Assembly (NCBI GenBank): GCA_964634215.1
Contig: CAZWKR010000010.1
Coordinates: forward strand, 42,167 to 106,166
Length of the DNA: 64,000 bases
Direction of reading: 5' to 3'
Source of the DNA: an uncultured bacterium
GTDB lineage: Bacteria; Fidelibacterota; Marinisomatia; Marinisomatales; JAHJCW01
Each line of letters starts with the position of its first letter. The stretch's first letter is position 1. This document shows, in pieces, positions 1 through 10,760 of the stretch. The notes beneath the pieces are model-generated. The model saw only the letters and a program-made list of their open reading frames with translations, was not told the origin of the DNA and ran no database searches. A program made the position numbers and the translations under genes.

Positions 1-2
1 GG

Positions 3-1949
3 GTGTCAATTAGTGCAGTACTTGCTACGCTAGTTTTGTCTATTGCGTTGTTTACCGGAATGTTGTTGGATTATAACCCTGATTTTAAACAAAATTTCTC
101 ATTTACTTGGCTGGAAACTGAGAATTTCAAAATATCAATGGGTTTTTTGGTTGATAATATCACTATAATAATGCTTCTAGTAGTAGCAATCGTTTCATCA
201 GCCAGTCATATCTTCTCATTGAAATATATGGAAGGTGATCCGCGTTACTCACGTTTTTATGCTTATTTATCCCTGTTTACATTCAGTATGAACGGAATAG
301 TTTTGGCAAATAGCTTAATGTTGTTATATATGAGTTGGGAGTTAGTTGGCCTCAGTTCATATTTACTAATTGGATTTTGGTTTGAAAAGGATTCAGCTGC
401 CAATGCAGGGAAAAAAGCATTCCTTACAAATCGTGTTGGTGATATTGGATTTTTCATTGGTATAATGTTATTATTTACTGCAATCGGTTCATTTTCATAC
501 ACCGATGTTTTTGCCGGTGTTGCAGCAGGAAAAATTACCGGTACATTGTTAACATTAGCTGGTATCGGATTATTTATGGGAGCAGTTGGAAAATCAGCTC
601 AGTTCCCGTTACATATATGGTTACCGGATGCTATGGAAGGTCCGACTCCTGTATCAGCCTTAATACATGCGGCAACAATGGTTGCTGCCGGTGTTTTTAT
701 GATGGTAAGAGTTTTTCCAATCTTAACTCCTGATGCATTGATTTTAATTGCATATATAGGAGGGTTTACGGCATTCTTTGCCGCAACAATAGCGATTACT
801 CGCACAGATATTAAGCAAGTGTTGGCGTATTCAACACTTAGTCAATTAGGTTACATGATCATGGCAATTGGTACCGGAGCATATACAGTAGCATTTTTTC
901 ATCTTGTGATTCATGCAATGTTTAAAGCAAATCTGTTTTATGGGGCTGGTAGTGTGATACATGGTATGCATCATGCGCTACACAAATTGGACGATCATAA
1001 GACAGATGCACAAGATATGCGGAATATGGGCGGTTTAAAACCCAAAATGCCGATTACTTATTGGGCAATGGTAATCAGTTCATTGGCAATATCAGGAGTT
1101 CCATTATTCTCCGGCTTTCTATCAAAAGATGCGATCTTAGCCGGAACATTAGCATTAGTTGAAAGAACACACTCGCATCATTTATTATTATTCTTTGGAT
1201 TTGGTGCAGCCCTAATAACTGCTTTTTATATGTTCCGAATGATATTTTTAACATTCCACAACAAACCTAATAAACCAAGGATATTTGCTCATATTAAGGA
1301 ATCACCAACTGCGATGTTAATTCCACTTGTGGTCCTAAGCACTTTGAGTATTTTTATATTTTATACATTACCGAATTTCAATCCATTATCAGGACAGGGG
1401 TGGTTTACACATTTAGTTGAGCAAAAGGAATCGTTGGTACCAGGGCATATCAATCCATCGGTACACGAAATTGAGGAGAGCATCCACCATAGTCATATTC
1501 CGGCAATGATAACATCGCTAATTGTAGCGGGCTTAGGATTGCTATTGGCCTGGCTAATGTATTTTAAAAAGATTGTTTCTCCAGATGTGTGGGCCAAAAG
1601 ATTGCGGCCTCTTTACAATGTATCTTTAAATAATTACTATATCGATATATTATATGACAAAATTTTATATCAGCCGTTTTTAAAATTAGCAGATTGGGTT
1701 GCATATGTAGATTGGGAAATCTACGACAAAAAATTTATTAATGGATTTGGTAGGGTCACTGAATGGTTTGCAAAGGTTGTTGGAATTGCAGATTATGATG
1801 GGCTTGATCAAGGGATCGTAGACGGTGTTGGGAGAAACACTCAGAAATTAGGCAATTCTTTGAAAAAATTACAAACTGGAAAAATTCAAAATTATGTACT
1901 GTATGCAACTTTTGCTATAGTCATCTTATTAATAATACAAATGTTATGA
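3..1949 (+). CDS. nuoL: NADH-quinone oxidoreductase subunit L (5'-truncated by window edge)
   Basis: Polytopic protein with WELVGLSSYLLIGFW, NRVGD, GKSAQFPLHIWLPDAMEGPTPVSALIHAATMV motifs; followed by nuoM/N. Confidence 0.95.
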   Translation: MSISAVLATLVLSIALFTGMLLDYNPDFKQNFSFTWLETENFKISMGFLVDNITIIMLLVVAIVSSASHIFSLKYMEGDPRYSRFYAYLSLFTFSMNGIVLANSLMLLYMSWELVGLSSYLLIGFWFEKDSAANAGKKAFLTNRVGDIGFFIGIMLLFTAIGSFSYTDVFAGVAAGKITGTLLTLAGIGLFMGAVGKSAQFPLHIWLPDAMEGPTPVSALIHAATMVAAGVFMMVRVFPILTPDALILIAYIGGFTAFFAATIAITRTDIKQVLAYSTLSQLGYMIMAIGTGAYTVAFFHLVIHAMFKANLFYGAGSVIHGMHHALHKLDDHKTDAQDMRNMGGLKPKMPITYWAMVISSLAISGVPLFSGFLSKDAILAGTLALVERTHSHHLLLFFGFGAALITAFYMFRMIFLTFHNKPNKPRIFAHIKESPTAMLIPLVVLSTLSIFIFYTLPNFNPLSGQGWFTHLVEQKESLVPGHINPSVHEIEESIHHSHIPAMITSLIVAGLGLLLAWLMYFKKIVSPDVWAKRLRPLYNVSLNNYYIDILYDKILYQPFLKLADWVAYVDWEIYDKKFINGFGRVTEWFAKVVGIADYDGLDQGIVDGVGRNTQKLGNSLKKLQTGKIQNYVLYATFAIVILLIIQML

Positions 1950-1983
1950 TAAGATATAAGATAAAGATTTAAAAGGAATTATT

Positions 1984-3534
1984 ATGGATTTAAATATTTT
2001 AAGTCTACTTGTTTGGTTACCGATAATCGGGATGCTTGCGATTGCATTTATACCCAGAGATAAGGTAGATGTAATTAAGATTATAGCTGCCACAGCTACA
2101 GGATTGCAATTATTCCTTGCAATTCTCCTATGGATGCAATTTGATAAAACCGTTGGTGGTTTTCAATTTATGGAAAGGTATAATTGGATTCCGTCATTCA
2201 ATATCTTTTATACTTTAGGAGTTGATGGTTTGAGTTTACCGATGGTTGTACTTACGCCTTTATTATCATTTTTAGCAGTTTTTGTAAGTTGGAATACAAA
2301 GCGGGCAGTTAAAGGATTCTTTGCTTTATTTTTACTTTTAGATACAGGAATGATGGGTGTTTTTCTTTCCTTGGACTTCTTCCTATTTTACGTGTTTTGG
2401 GAAGTCATGTTATTACCGATGTATTTCTTGATTGGTATGTGGGGTGGACCACAACGTGTTTATGCTGCTATCAAATTTTTCTTATTTACATTATTTGGTT
2501 CGGTTTTCATGTTGATAGCCATTTTAGCACTTTATTTTACTTGCGGACAAACCTTCGATATGATCACTTTAATGCAAACTGCGCCGGAAGCTTTAAATGG
2601 AGTTTTATGGTGGGGTATGAGTGCCATTAAGGTAATTTGGATTTTATTATTTGTCGGATTTGCTATTAAAGTTCCTGTGTTTCCATTCCATACTTGGTTA
2701 CCGCTCGCACATGTAGAAGCGCCAACAGCGATATCAGTTATACTTGCCGGTGTATTATTGAAAATGGGTATTTACGGAATGTTGCGTGTTAATTACGGTA
2801 TGCTACCTGAGGCGGTTTGGTGGTTCGCCGGAGCCTTGGCTGTATTGGGTGTGATTAATGTCATCTGGGGAGGATTAGCAGCTTTAGCTCAAAAAGATTT
2901 GAAGAAGATGGTTGCATATTCAAGTATTAATCACTTAGGATACGCCTTAATGGGCATGGCTGCCGTTGTTGCGGTCGGTGCTGAAAATGGTAATAATTAT
3001 GCTGCAGCCGAAGCGGGAATGAGCGGCGCTGTGTTCCAAATGTTTAATCATGGCACAATATCAGCAATGCTATTTATTATAGCAGGTGTTGTTTATGACC
3101 GTGCACACCACCGTGAGATAGCAGGATTTGGTGGGCTTGCCAAGCAAATGCCTGTTTATGCCGGTGTTGCTGCCGTTGCATTTTTTGCTGGTCTTGGATT
3201 ACCGGCGTTATCAGGATTTATTAGTGAATTTATGTGTTTTGTAGGAGCATTTCCGGTTTACCGAACAATAGTGATAATTGGTACTTTGGGAATCTTGATC
3301 AATGCAGCCTATTTCTTGCGTGCCTATCAAAAAATATTCTTTGGGGAATTAAACAAAAAATATAGTGACATGCCCGAGATCAATGGGCGGGAGTTATTTA
3401 CACTCATTCCTTTAGCAATTATCACATTTATATTTGGCGTATATCCTGCTCCTTTCTTAAATGTTATCAAAGAGACAGTTTCAAATATAGTTGAACATGT
3501 GGCTACTCTTGGTGGCGTACCAGGGGTCTTCTAG
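1984..3534 (+). CDS. nuoM: NADH-quinone oxidoreductase subunit M
   Basis: LGVDGLS, FYVFWE, KVPVFPFHTWLPLAHVEAPT, LKMGIYG motifs; AAGGA RBS upstream. Confidence 0.95.
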   Translation: MDLNILSLLVWLPIIGMLAIAFIPRDKVDVIKIIAATATGLQLFLAILLWMQFDKTVGGFQFMERYNWIPSFNIFYTLGVDGLSLPMVVLTPLLSFLAVFVSWNTKRAVKGFFALFLLLDTGMMGVFLSLDFFLFYVFWEVMLLPMYFLIGMWGGPQRVYAAIKFFLFTLFGSVFMLIAILALYFTCGQTFDMITLMQTAPEALNGVLWWGMSAIKVIWILLFVGFAIKVPVFPFHTWLPLAHVEAPTAISVILAGVLLKMGIYGMLRVNYGMLPEAVWWFAGALAVLGVINVIWGGLAALAQKDLKKMVAYSSINHLGYALMGMAAVVAVGAENGNNYAAAEAGMSGAVFQMFNHGTISAMLFIIAGVVYDRAHHREIAGFGGLAKQMPVYAGVAAVAFFAGLGLPALSGFISEFMCFVGAFPVYRTIVIIGTLGILINAAYFLRAYQKIFFGELNKKYSDMPEINGRELFTLIPLAIITFIFGVYPAPFLNVIKETVSNIVEHVATLGGVPGVF

Positions 3535-3547
3535 TTTTGGGAACACA

Positions 3548-5041
3548 ATGAGTAATCTGCAAAGTATAAAACTTTTTATTCCTGAACTGATAGTCGTAGC
3601 TACAGTTTTAGTTGGAATAATAGCCGATCTATTTTATTCCAAGAAGAAATCATACTTAACCGGTAATTGGATTTTGGGCGGTTTGATTTTATCGCTGATT
3701 GCGATATTATTGCGTAATCCACAAAATGTAACAACATTATTTACTGACATGGTGGCACTTGATCCATTCGCAATATTTTTCAAATTGATCATTTTGGTAG
3801 CAACTATTTTTGTTGTACTAATCAGTAGATATAATAAAGAATTCTTGGATTACCGTCTTGGCGAGTATTATGTAATACTTGCAATTATGGTATTTGGTTT
3901 ATTCTTGATGGTATCTGCTGTTGATCTCATAATGATTTATTTGGCAATTGAAACTGTCTCAATCATGTCGTTTATTTTGGCGGGATATTTAAAATCTGAC
4001 CGGCGTTCAAACGAATCTGCTTTGAAATATGTGATTTATGGCGCATTTTCATCAGGGTTGATGCTATTTGGATTGAGTATATTATTTGGATTAACCGGTA
4101 CTACAAAAATCTGTCTAATCAGTAATAATTTAATGGTATTGGAGGGTAGTGCCAATTTCGCATTGATAATATCTTTTGTTCTTATATTAGCTGGATTTGC
4201 CTATAAAATTTCTGTTGTACCATTTCACTTTTGGACTCCTGATGTGTATGAAGGTGCTCCAACGACAATTACTGCATTTTTATCGGTGGCACCGAAAGCT
4301 GCCGGGTTTGCGGTCGTGATTAGATTTTTTCATATTGTATTTGGCGATGGAGGAGCATTACAAGCCGGAAGTTGGTTAACGCAAACAGAACTACCGTGGA
4401 GTCAAATTCTAGCACTGTTGGCAGTAATTACTATGACTCTAGGGAACGTTGTTGCAATTCAACAAGAAAACTTGAAAAGGATGCTGGCATATTCCAGCAT
4501 CGCTCATGCGGGATATATGTTAATGGTATTGCCTGTTCTATCCAGTGATAGTATTTATGCAATCATGTTATATTTGTTCATTTATATTTTCATGAATTTA
4601 GGGGCATTTTTCACAATAATCGCCGTAAAGAATATAACAGGTGGCGAAACATTTTCAGATTTTAAGGGAATCGGATGGAAAATGCCATTGGTTGGTTTAG
4701 TAATGACAGTTTTTATGTTTTCTCTTACCGGGTTACCACCAACCGCGGGATTTATTGGGAAATTTTATCTGTTTGCTGCTCTGATTGAAGGTGGTTCACA
4801 ATTTTACTGGATCGCTTTTGTTGGGGTATTTAACAGCGTAATCTCTTTGTATTACTATATGCGTGTTGTAAAAGTCATGTATTTTGACGGGGATCCTCAA
4901 AAAACAATAACTAAACCAATTTTACCGATTTTATTGATTTTATTAGCCTTGGCAACACTGACAATTATCTTTGGAATTTATTGGACTCCTTTAGCAGATT
5001 GGGTAAGAAATTCGCTTATATTTTATGTCGGAGGTATGTAA
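3548..5041 (+). CDS. nuoN: NADH-quinone oxidoreductase subunit N
   Basis: ESALKY, PFHFWTPDVYEGAPT, KRMLAYSSIAH, GLPPTAGF motifs; start moved to ATG 3548 to avoid overlap with nuoM. Confidence 0.93.
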   Translation: MSNLQSIKLFIPELIVVATVLVGIIADLFYSKKKSYLTGNWILGGLILSLIAILLRNPQNVTTLFTDMVALDPFAIFFKLIILVATIFVVLISRYNKEFLDYRLGEYYVILAIMVFGLFLMVSAVDLIMIYLAIETVSIMSFILAGYLKSDRRSNESALKYVIYGAFSSGLMLFGLSILFGLTGTTKICLISNNLMVLEGSANFALIISFVLILAGFAYKISVVPFHFWTPDVYEGAPTTITAFLSVAPKAAGFAVVIRFFHIVFGDGGALQAGSWLTQTELPWSQILALLAVITMTLGNVVAIQQENLKRMLAYSSIAHAGYMLMVLPVLSSDSIYAIMLYLFIYIFMNLGAFFTIIAVKNITGGETFSDFKGIGWKMPLVGLVMTVFMFSLTGLPPTAGFIGKFYLFAALIEGGSQFYWIAFVGVFNSVISLYYYMRVVKVMYFDGDPQKTITKPILPILLILLALATLTIIFGIYWTPLADWVRNSLIFYVGGM

Positions 5042-5076
5042 TTTTACCAACGGAAAATTCCTTTTTAATATAGCAT

Positions 5077-6429
5077 ATGACACAAATAAAAATTCGCAAA
5101 GGGCATTCAATTCGAATTGCCGGTATCCCACAAAAAAAAGTACTAACGAATCTATCTACATCAGAAGTAGGACTTTGTCCGAAAGAATACCAATATGTAA
5201 AGCCTAAATTACTCGTAAAAGAAGGTGAGTATGTTGATGTAGGTATGCCTTTGTTCTTTAATAAAGAAAATCCTGATCAAAAATGGAGTGCACCTGGTGC
5301 GGGTACAATTTGTAAGATACAATACGGACCTAGACGAGTTATTGAGAAGATCGTTATCAAACTAGATAAAGATGAAAAAGGATTTTCTCACAAAACTATA
5401 GCATTAAACGATACCAGTAAGTTAAAACGTGAAGAAATTAAATCTGTTTTATCTGATTCAAATTTATGGCATTTAATTAGACAGAGACCATTTAATCATG
5501 TTGCAAATCCTGATGATGAACCACGAGACATTTTTATTTCAGCACTAAATACAGCTCCATTGGCTCCAGATTTAGATTTGGTATTAAAGGGTCAAAAAGA
5601 CGCGTTACAAGCTGGTATTAATGTACTGAATGGATTAACCGATGGTAAAGTAAATATCGGTATTTCAGCGAAGAATCAAATAGAGGAGTTAATCGGAGTA
5701 GATAATTGCTTACTGCATCAAATTAGCGGACCGCATCCGGCAGGAAATGTAGGAATACAAATCCATCATATTGCTCCAATGAAACCGGATGAGGTTGTTT
5801 GGACTGTGAATATTCAGCATGTAATTATTTTAGGTAAATTATTTTTAAATGGGGAAATTGATCCTTCGATAATAGTATCGATTGGAGGTCCTGGTGCCAA
5901 GAATCCAATCCACGTAAAAACAAGGATTGGTGCCAAAATTGAAACTATTATAAAAGATCAGCTTGGGGATGATGAATATCGAATTATTAGCGGTGATGTG
6001 CTAACTGGTAAAAAAGTCGAAAAAGATAATTATCTCGGATTTTATGACACAACAATTTCAATTTTACCGGTTGATTTATCGAGGCCATTTTTAGGCTGGA
6101 TTCAGCTTGGATCATCTAAGAAAACTTATAGTTTGTCAAACTCATTTTTTTCATTTGGTAAGAAATTGTTCAATTTCACAACCAAGCAGAATGGTAGCCA
6201 AAGAGCTTTGGTTCCTATTAATGCTTGGGAAGATGTTTTACCAATGGATATAATGCCAAATCCGTTATATCGCAGCATATTAGCATGTGACATTGAAGAA
6301 ATGACTCAACTCGGTATTATGGAGTGTGATGATGAGGATTTCGCATTATGCAGTTTTGCGTGTCCGAGTAAGATTGATGTTGGTGCAGTGATTCGAAAAG
6401 GTTTAGATATTATGAAAACGGAAGGTTAG
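5077..6429 (+). CDS. nqrA: Na(+)-translocating NADH-quinone reductase subunit A
   Basis: IKIRKG N-terminus, RQRPF, GPHPAGNVG, EDFALCSFACPSK; first gene of nqr operon. Confidence 0.93.
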   Translation: MTQIKIRKGHSIRIAGIPQKKVLTNLSTSEVGLCPKEYQYVKPKLLVKEGEYVDVGMPLFFNKENPDQKWSAPGAGTICKIQYGPRRVIEKIVIKLDKDEKGFSHKTIALNDTSKLKREEIKSVLSDSNLWHLIRQRPFNHVANPDDEPRDIFISALNTAPLAPDLDLVLKGQKDALQAGINVLNGLTDGKVNIGISAKNQIEELIGVDNCLLHQISGPHPAGNVGIQIHHIAPMKPDEVVWTVNIQHVIILGKLFLNGEIDPSIIVSIGGPGAKNPIHVKTRIGAKIETIIKDQLGDDEYRIISGDVLTGKKVEKDNYLGFYDTTISILPVDLSRPFLGWIQLGSSKKTYSLSNSFFSFGKKLFNFTTKQNGSQRALVPINAWEDVLPMDIMPNPLYRSILACDIEEMTQLGIMECDDEDFALCSFACPSKIDVGAVIRKGLDIMKTEG

Positions 6430-6430
6430 G

Positions 6431-7606
6431 ATGAAATTTTTAAGAAATATATATAAAAAAGCTCATCCACATTTTGCCGAAGGCGGAAAGCTAAGTAGAT
6501 TTTTCCCGTTTTATGAAGCAGTTGATACCCTAACATTTTGGACTGATGAACAAACAAAATCAGGACCTCATATTCGAGATAGTATCGACTTAAAACGGAC
6601 AATGATTATTGTACTTGTTGCCTTAATACCAACAACAATATTTGGTATTATCAATACCGGTTATCAACAAGCATTAGCATTGGGAATATCTCAAGGTTGG
6701 ATAACTAATTTTTGGGTAGGGTTGCAATCATATTTACCAATAATGGTAGTTGGTTATGCAACGGGCTTCTTTTGGGAGTTACTGTTCCCAATTATCCGTA
6801 AGCAGGAAGTTGATGAGGGATTTTTTGTGACTGGGTGGTTGATCCCGTTAATTCTTCCTCCGACGATTCCACTTTGGCAAGTTGTAGTGGCAACAAGTTT
6901 TGGTATGGTGATTGGAAAAATGATTTTTGGCGGTACAGGCATGAATATATTCAATCCAGCATTGGTAACAAGAGCGTTTTTATTCTTTGCCTACCCCGGT
7001 AATATATCAGGTGATGGAGTTTGGATAAAAGCCGCTGACGGTTTTTCCGGAGCCACACCGCTCGCAGTACCTGCAGCCCAAACCGGCGCTGATGCTGTTA
7101 CATTATTGAATGGATTTCAACAGTTTGATTACTCTTGGTTAAATATGTTTATAGGATGGATACCTGGTTCTGTTGGAGAAACATCCGCTTTGGCGATATT
7201 AGTTGGTGCAGCCATATTGATTTATACTAAAATTGGTTCATGGCGCATTATTATCGGTTCGATTATTGGATTAATTGTTACAGCCATAATCACAAATCTA
7301 TTAGCAGGTAATTCAACAAATACCATGCTAACCCTGCCTGCTCATTATCATTTAGTTATGGGTGGATTTTTATTTGGAACAGTTTTCATGGCAACTGATC
7401 CAGTTTCTGCTGCATATACGAATCGCGGTCGTTGGATTTATGGATTCATGATTGGCTTTTTAACTGTAATAATTCGATCAATGAACCCTGCATATCCTGA
7501 AGGTACTATGTTAGCAATTTTATTGATGAACGCTTTTGCACCGCTTATTGATTATTTTGTTGTGAAGGGTAATATTAAGAAAAGGATGGCTCGCTATGCG
7601 AAGTAA
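6431..7606 (+). CDS. nqrB: Na(+)-NQR subunit B
   Basis: HIRDSIDLKR, FGGTGMNIFNPAL, FMN attachment site SGAT, MATDPVS, YPEG. Confidence 0.95.
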   Translation: MKFLRNIYKKAHPHFAEGGKLSRFFPFYEAVDTLTFWTDEQTKSGPHIRDSIDLKRTMIIVLVALIPTTIFGIINTGYQQALALGISQGWITNFWVGLQSYLPIMVVGYATGFFWELLFPIIRKQEVDEGFFVTGWLIPLILPPTIPLWQVVVATSFGMVIGKMIFGGTGMNIFNPALVTRAFLFFAYPGNISGDGVWIKAADGFSGATPLAVPAAQTGADAVTLLNGFQQFDYSWLNMFIGWIPGSVGETSALAILVGAAILIYTKIGSWRIIIGSIIGLIVTAIITNLLAGNSTNTMLTLPAHYHLVMGGFLFGTVFMATDPVSAAYTNRGRWIYGFMIGFLTVIIRSMNPAYPEGTMLAILLMNAFAPLIDYFVVKGNIKKRMARYAK

Positions 7607-8282
7607 TTTATACGTACTATCGTTTATGGCGGGAATTACAATAATTTTAGGATTTATGTTATCGTTTGCTGCAGCATCATTAAAAGATAAACAAGAATTC
7701 AATATTGAAATTGATATTAAAAAGAATATTTTAAGCTCGTTGAACATTCCTGCTGATCAATCTCAAACGCTTTCTCAAAGTGATATTCAAAAATTATACG
7801 ACGACGAAATAACAACTTTGAATATCGATGAAAACGGGATGAAATCCGAAGATGGAACTTTAAGTGTTTATGTTGCAACAGATGGAGCGCAACCTAAAGG
7901 ATATTCTATTCCAATATCTGGCAAGGGACTTTGGTCAACGATCTACGGATATATTGCATTGGAACCGGATGGCAAAACTGTAAAGGGGATAACTTTTTAT
8001 AAGCATGGTGAGACACCCGGACTTGGTGGAGAATTAGAAAAGGAATGGTTTACTTCCAACTACAAAGGAAAGCAAATTTATAATGATGAGGGAGAATTGG
8101 TCAGTGTTGAAATTGTAAAAGGGCAGGTAAACCAAAATGATTTAAACGCAATTCATCAAGTGGATGGAATATCCGGCTCCACACTAACCTGCAAAGGAAT
8201 GAATAGGTTCATCGCAAATGATTTAAAAACATATAAGCCGTTCTTGGAAAGGGTTAAAGAAGGCGAGGATGTTGTAGAATGA
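7596..8282 (+). CDS. nqrC: Na(+)-NQR subunit C
   Basis: [29 protein letters not shown] (FMN-Thr). Confidence 0.95.
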   Translation: MRSNLYVLSFMAGITIILGFMLSFAAASLKDKQEFNIEIDIKKNILSSLNIPADQSQTLSQSDIQKLYDDEITTLNIDENGMKSEDGTLSVYVATDGAQPKGYSIPISGKGLWSTIYGYIALEPDGKTVKGITFYKHGETPGLGGELEKEWFTSNYKGKQIYNDEGELVSVEIVKGQVNQNDLNAIHQVDGISGSTLTCKGMNRFIANDLKTYKPFLERVKEGEDVVE

Positions 8283-8905
8283 GTATACTAAGTAAAAAAT
8301 CAAAGCTTGTATTAACTGATCCATTGATCAGCAATAATCCAATTTCCGCTCAGGTTTTAGGTATCTGCTCCGCCTTAGCTGTTACGGTAAAAATGGAAAC
8401 AGCAATTGTTATGACTTTGGCTGTGATATTTGTCCTAACAATGTCTAACACAACAATTGCCGCTTTGCGGAAATTCATTCCTAATCGAGTTAGAATAATT
8501 GTTATGTTAACAGTAATTGCATCTCTGGTAATTTTCACTGATCAGATATTAAAGGCTTATCTTTATGATATAAGCAAACAATTGTCTGTATTCGTTGGAT
8601 TAATTATTACAAATTGTATAGTCATGGGTCGTGCTGAGGCCTTTGCTATGCAAAATAAACCGGGTAAAGCATTTTTAGACGGTTTAGGTAATGCAGCCGG
8701 GTATGGCATGTATTTGATCGCAGTGGCGTTTTTCCGCGAATTGTTTGGTAGTGGTACAATAATGAATTTGCAAATTGTTCCGCAATCATTTTATGATGCA
8801 GGTTATCTAAACGTGGGTTTGTTTGTGTTATCACCGGGGGCATTTGTAATCCTTGGGTTGATTATATGGTTCCAGCGTTCAATAACAAAATACGAAGAGG
8901 CTTAA
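8279..8905 (+). CDS. nqrD: Na(+)-NQR subunit D
   Basis: [39 protein letters not shown]. Confidence 0.95.
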   Translation: MSILSKKSKLVLTDPLISNNPISAQVLGICSALAVTVKMETAIVMTLAVIFVLTMSNTTIAALRKFIPNRVRIIVMLTVIASLVIFTDQILKAYLYDISKQLSVFVGLIITNCIVMGRAEAFAMQNKPGKAFLDGLGNAAGYGMYLIAVAFFRELFGSGTIMNLQIVPQSFYDAGYLNVGLFVLSPGAFVILGLIIWFQRSITKYEEA

Positions 8906-8906
8906 A

Positions 8907-9518
8907 GTGTTAGAGCATTATTTATCATTATTAGTTAAATCAATCTTCGTAGAGAATATATTACTTGCATATTTTTTGGGAATGTGTTCATTCCTGGCTA
9001 TTTCAAAAAAAGTTGATACTTCAATTGGATTGGGATTAGCAGTAGTTTTCGTTCTAACGATTACAGCACCGGTTAATTGGGCATTACATCATTACTTTTT
9101 AGAAGAGGGTGCCTTGGCTTGGGCAGGTCTACCCAATATTGATTTGAGCTATTTAAACTTTATCGCATTTATTGCGGTAATTGCAGCAATGGTTCAATTA
9201 GTTGAAATGGTTATGGATAGATTTTTACCGGGTTTATATCTCAGCTTGGGAATATTTCTACCGTTAATTGCTGTTAATTGCGCCATATTGGGTGGATCGC
9301 TCTTTTTAGTAGAGCGACAATATACATTGGGTGAGTCCACAGTTTTTGGAATTGGTTCTGGATTGGGATTCTTTTTAGCAATTACATCAATGGCTGCAAT
9401 TCGCCACAAATTACGTTATGCCAATGTTCCAAAAGGGTTACGAGGATTAGGTATTACTATGCTTCTAACCGGTTTGTTGTCTATGGCCTTTATGGCTTTT
9501 TCCGGAATCGATTTATAG
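8907..9518 (+). CDS. nqrE: Na(+)-NQR subunit E
   Basis: [28 protein letters not shown] start. Confidence 0.95.
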   Translation: MLEHYLSLLVKSIFVENILLAYFLGMCSFLAISKKVDTSIGLGLAVVFVLTITAPVNWALHHYFLEEGALAWAGLPNIDLSYLNFIAFIAVIAAMVQLVEMVMDRFLPGLYLSLGIFLPLIAVNCAILGGSLFLVERQYTLGESTVFGIGSGLGFFLAITSMAAIRHKLRYANVPKGLRGLGITMLLTGLLSMAFMAFSGIDL

Positions 9519-9529
9519 GGAATGGATAA

Positions 9530-10753
9530 ATGATGGCGACTGCATTAATCGGAGTAATATTTTTCACGTCACTGATTTTACTATTGGTGATCTTACTAAA
9601 TTTTGCCGGAAGTAAATTATTGCCACAAGGTGATATTCAAATTGAGATTAATGGCGATAAAGAAAAATCTATTACAGTTCGCCCTGGTTCGACTTTATTG
9701 GGTGCATTGTCAGGGAAAGAAATATTTTTACCATCAGCATGCGGTGGACAGGGAACTTGTGCACAGTGTAAATGTCAGGTACTTGATGGTGGTGGTGATA
9801 TATTGCCAACCGAAACGGGTAGCATTGGTCGTAAAGAAGCTGCTGATCATTGGCGTTTGGCATGTCAGGTAAAAGTTAAGCAGGATATGAAAATCAATGT
9901 ACCTGATGAAATATTTAATATTAAGAAATATACCTGTAAGGTTATTTCTAATTATAACGTTGCAACATTCATAAAAGAATTTATTGTTGAGTTGCCACCC
10001 GGTGCGGCAATGGATTATCGAGCCGGTGGTTATATTCAGATAGAGGTTCCTTCATATAAACTAAAATATTCTGATTTTGATGTAGAAAAAGAATATCGTG
10101 AAGATTGGGACAAATACGATTTGTGGCGTTACGTTGCAAATAATGATGAAGAAGTGATTCGAGCATACTCAATGGCCAGTTATCCTGCTGAAGGCAATAA
10201 AATTATGCTGAATGTAAGAATAGCCTCACCACCGCCGTGGGCTCCTGATGTACCGCCGGGAATCGCGTCATCATATATATTTAATTTGAAACCAGGTGAT
10301 ACAGTTGAAGTTTCCGGTCCTTATGGTGAATTCTTCACCAAAGATACTGACAAGGAAATGGTATTTATTGGTGGCGGTGCCGGAATGGCACCGATGCGCA
10401 GCCATTTATATGATTTATTGAAAACCAATAAATCTGACCGGAAAATATCATTTTGGTATGGAGCGCGATCGCTGCGCGAAATGTTTTATGATGATGAATT
10501 TAAAGCATTACAAGAAAAATTCCCCAATTTCTCGTATTCAGTAGGACTTTCTGAACCTCAAGAAGAAGATAATTGGAAAGGTGCTGTGGGTTTTATCCAT
10601 CAAATTTTATATGATAATATGTTAAAGGATCACGATGATCCAACAGAAATTGAATATTATATGTGTGGTCCGCCTCCAATGATTGATGCAGTGGATAAAA
10701 TGCTGTACGATCTTGGTGTGGAACCGGATATGGTTGTTTATGATAAATTCTGA
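9530..10753 (+). CDS. nqrF: Na(+)-NQR subunit F
   Basis: 2Fe-2[13 protein letters not shown]...RLACQ, RAYSMA FAD motif, [18 protein letters not shown]. Confidence 0.96.
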   Translation: MMATALIGVIFFTSLILLLVILLNFAGSKLLPQGDIQIEINGDKEKSITVRPGSTLLGALSGKEIFLPSACGGQGTCAQCKCQVLDGGGDILPTETGSIGRKEAADHWRLACQVKVKQDMKINVPDEIFNIKKYTCKVISNYNVATFIKEFIVELPPGAAMDYRAGGYIQIEVPSYKLKYSDFDVEKEYREDWDKYDLWRYVANNDEEVIRAYSMASYPAEGNKIMLNVRIASPPPWAPDVPPGIASSYIFNLKPGDTVEVSGPYGEFFTKDTDKEMVFIGGGAGMAPMRSHLYDLLKTNKSDRKISFWYGARSLREMFYDDEFKALQEKFPNFSYSVGLSEPQEEDNWKGAVGFIHQILYDNMLKDHDDPTEIEYYMCGPPPMIDAVDKMLYDLGVEPDMVVYDKF

Positions 10754-10760
10754 TAAACAG

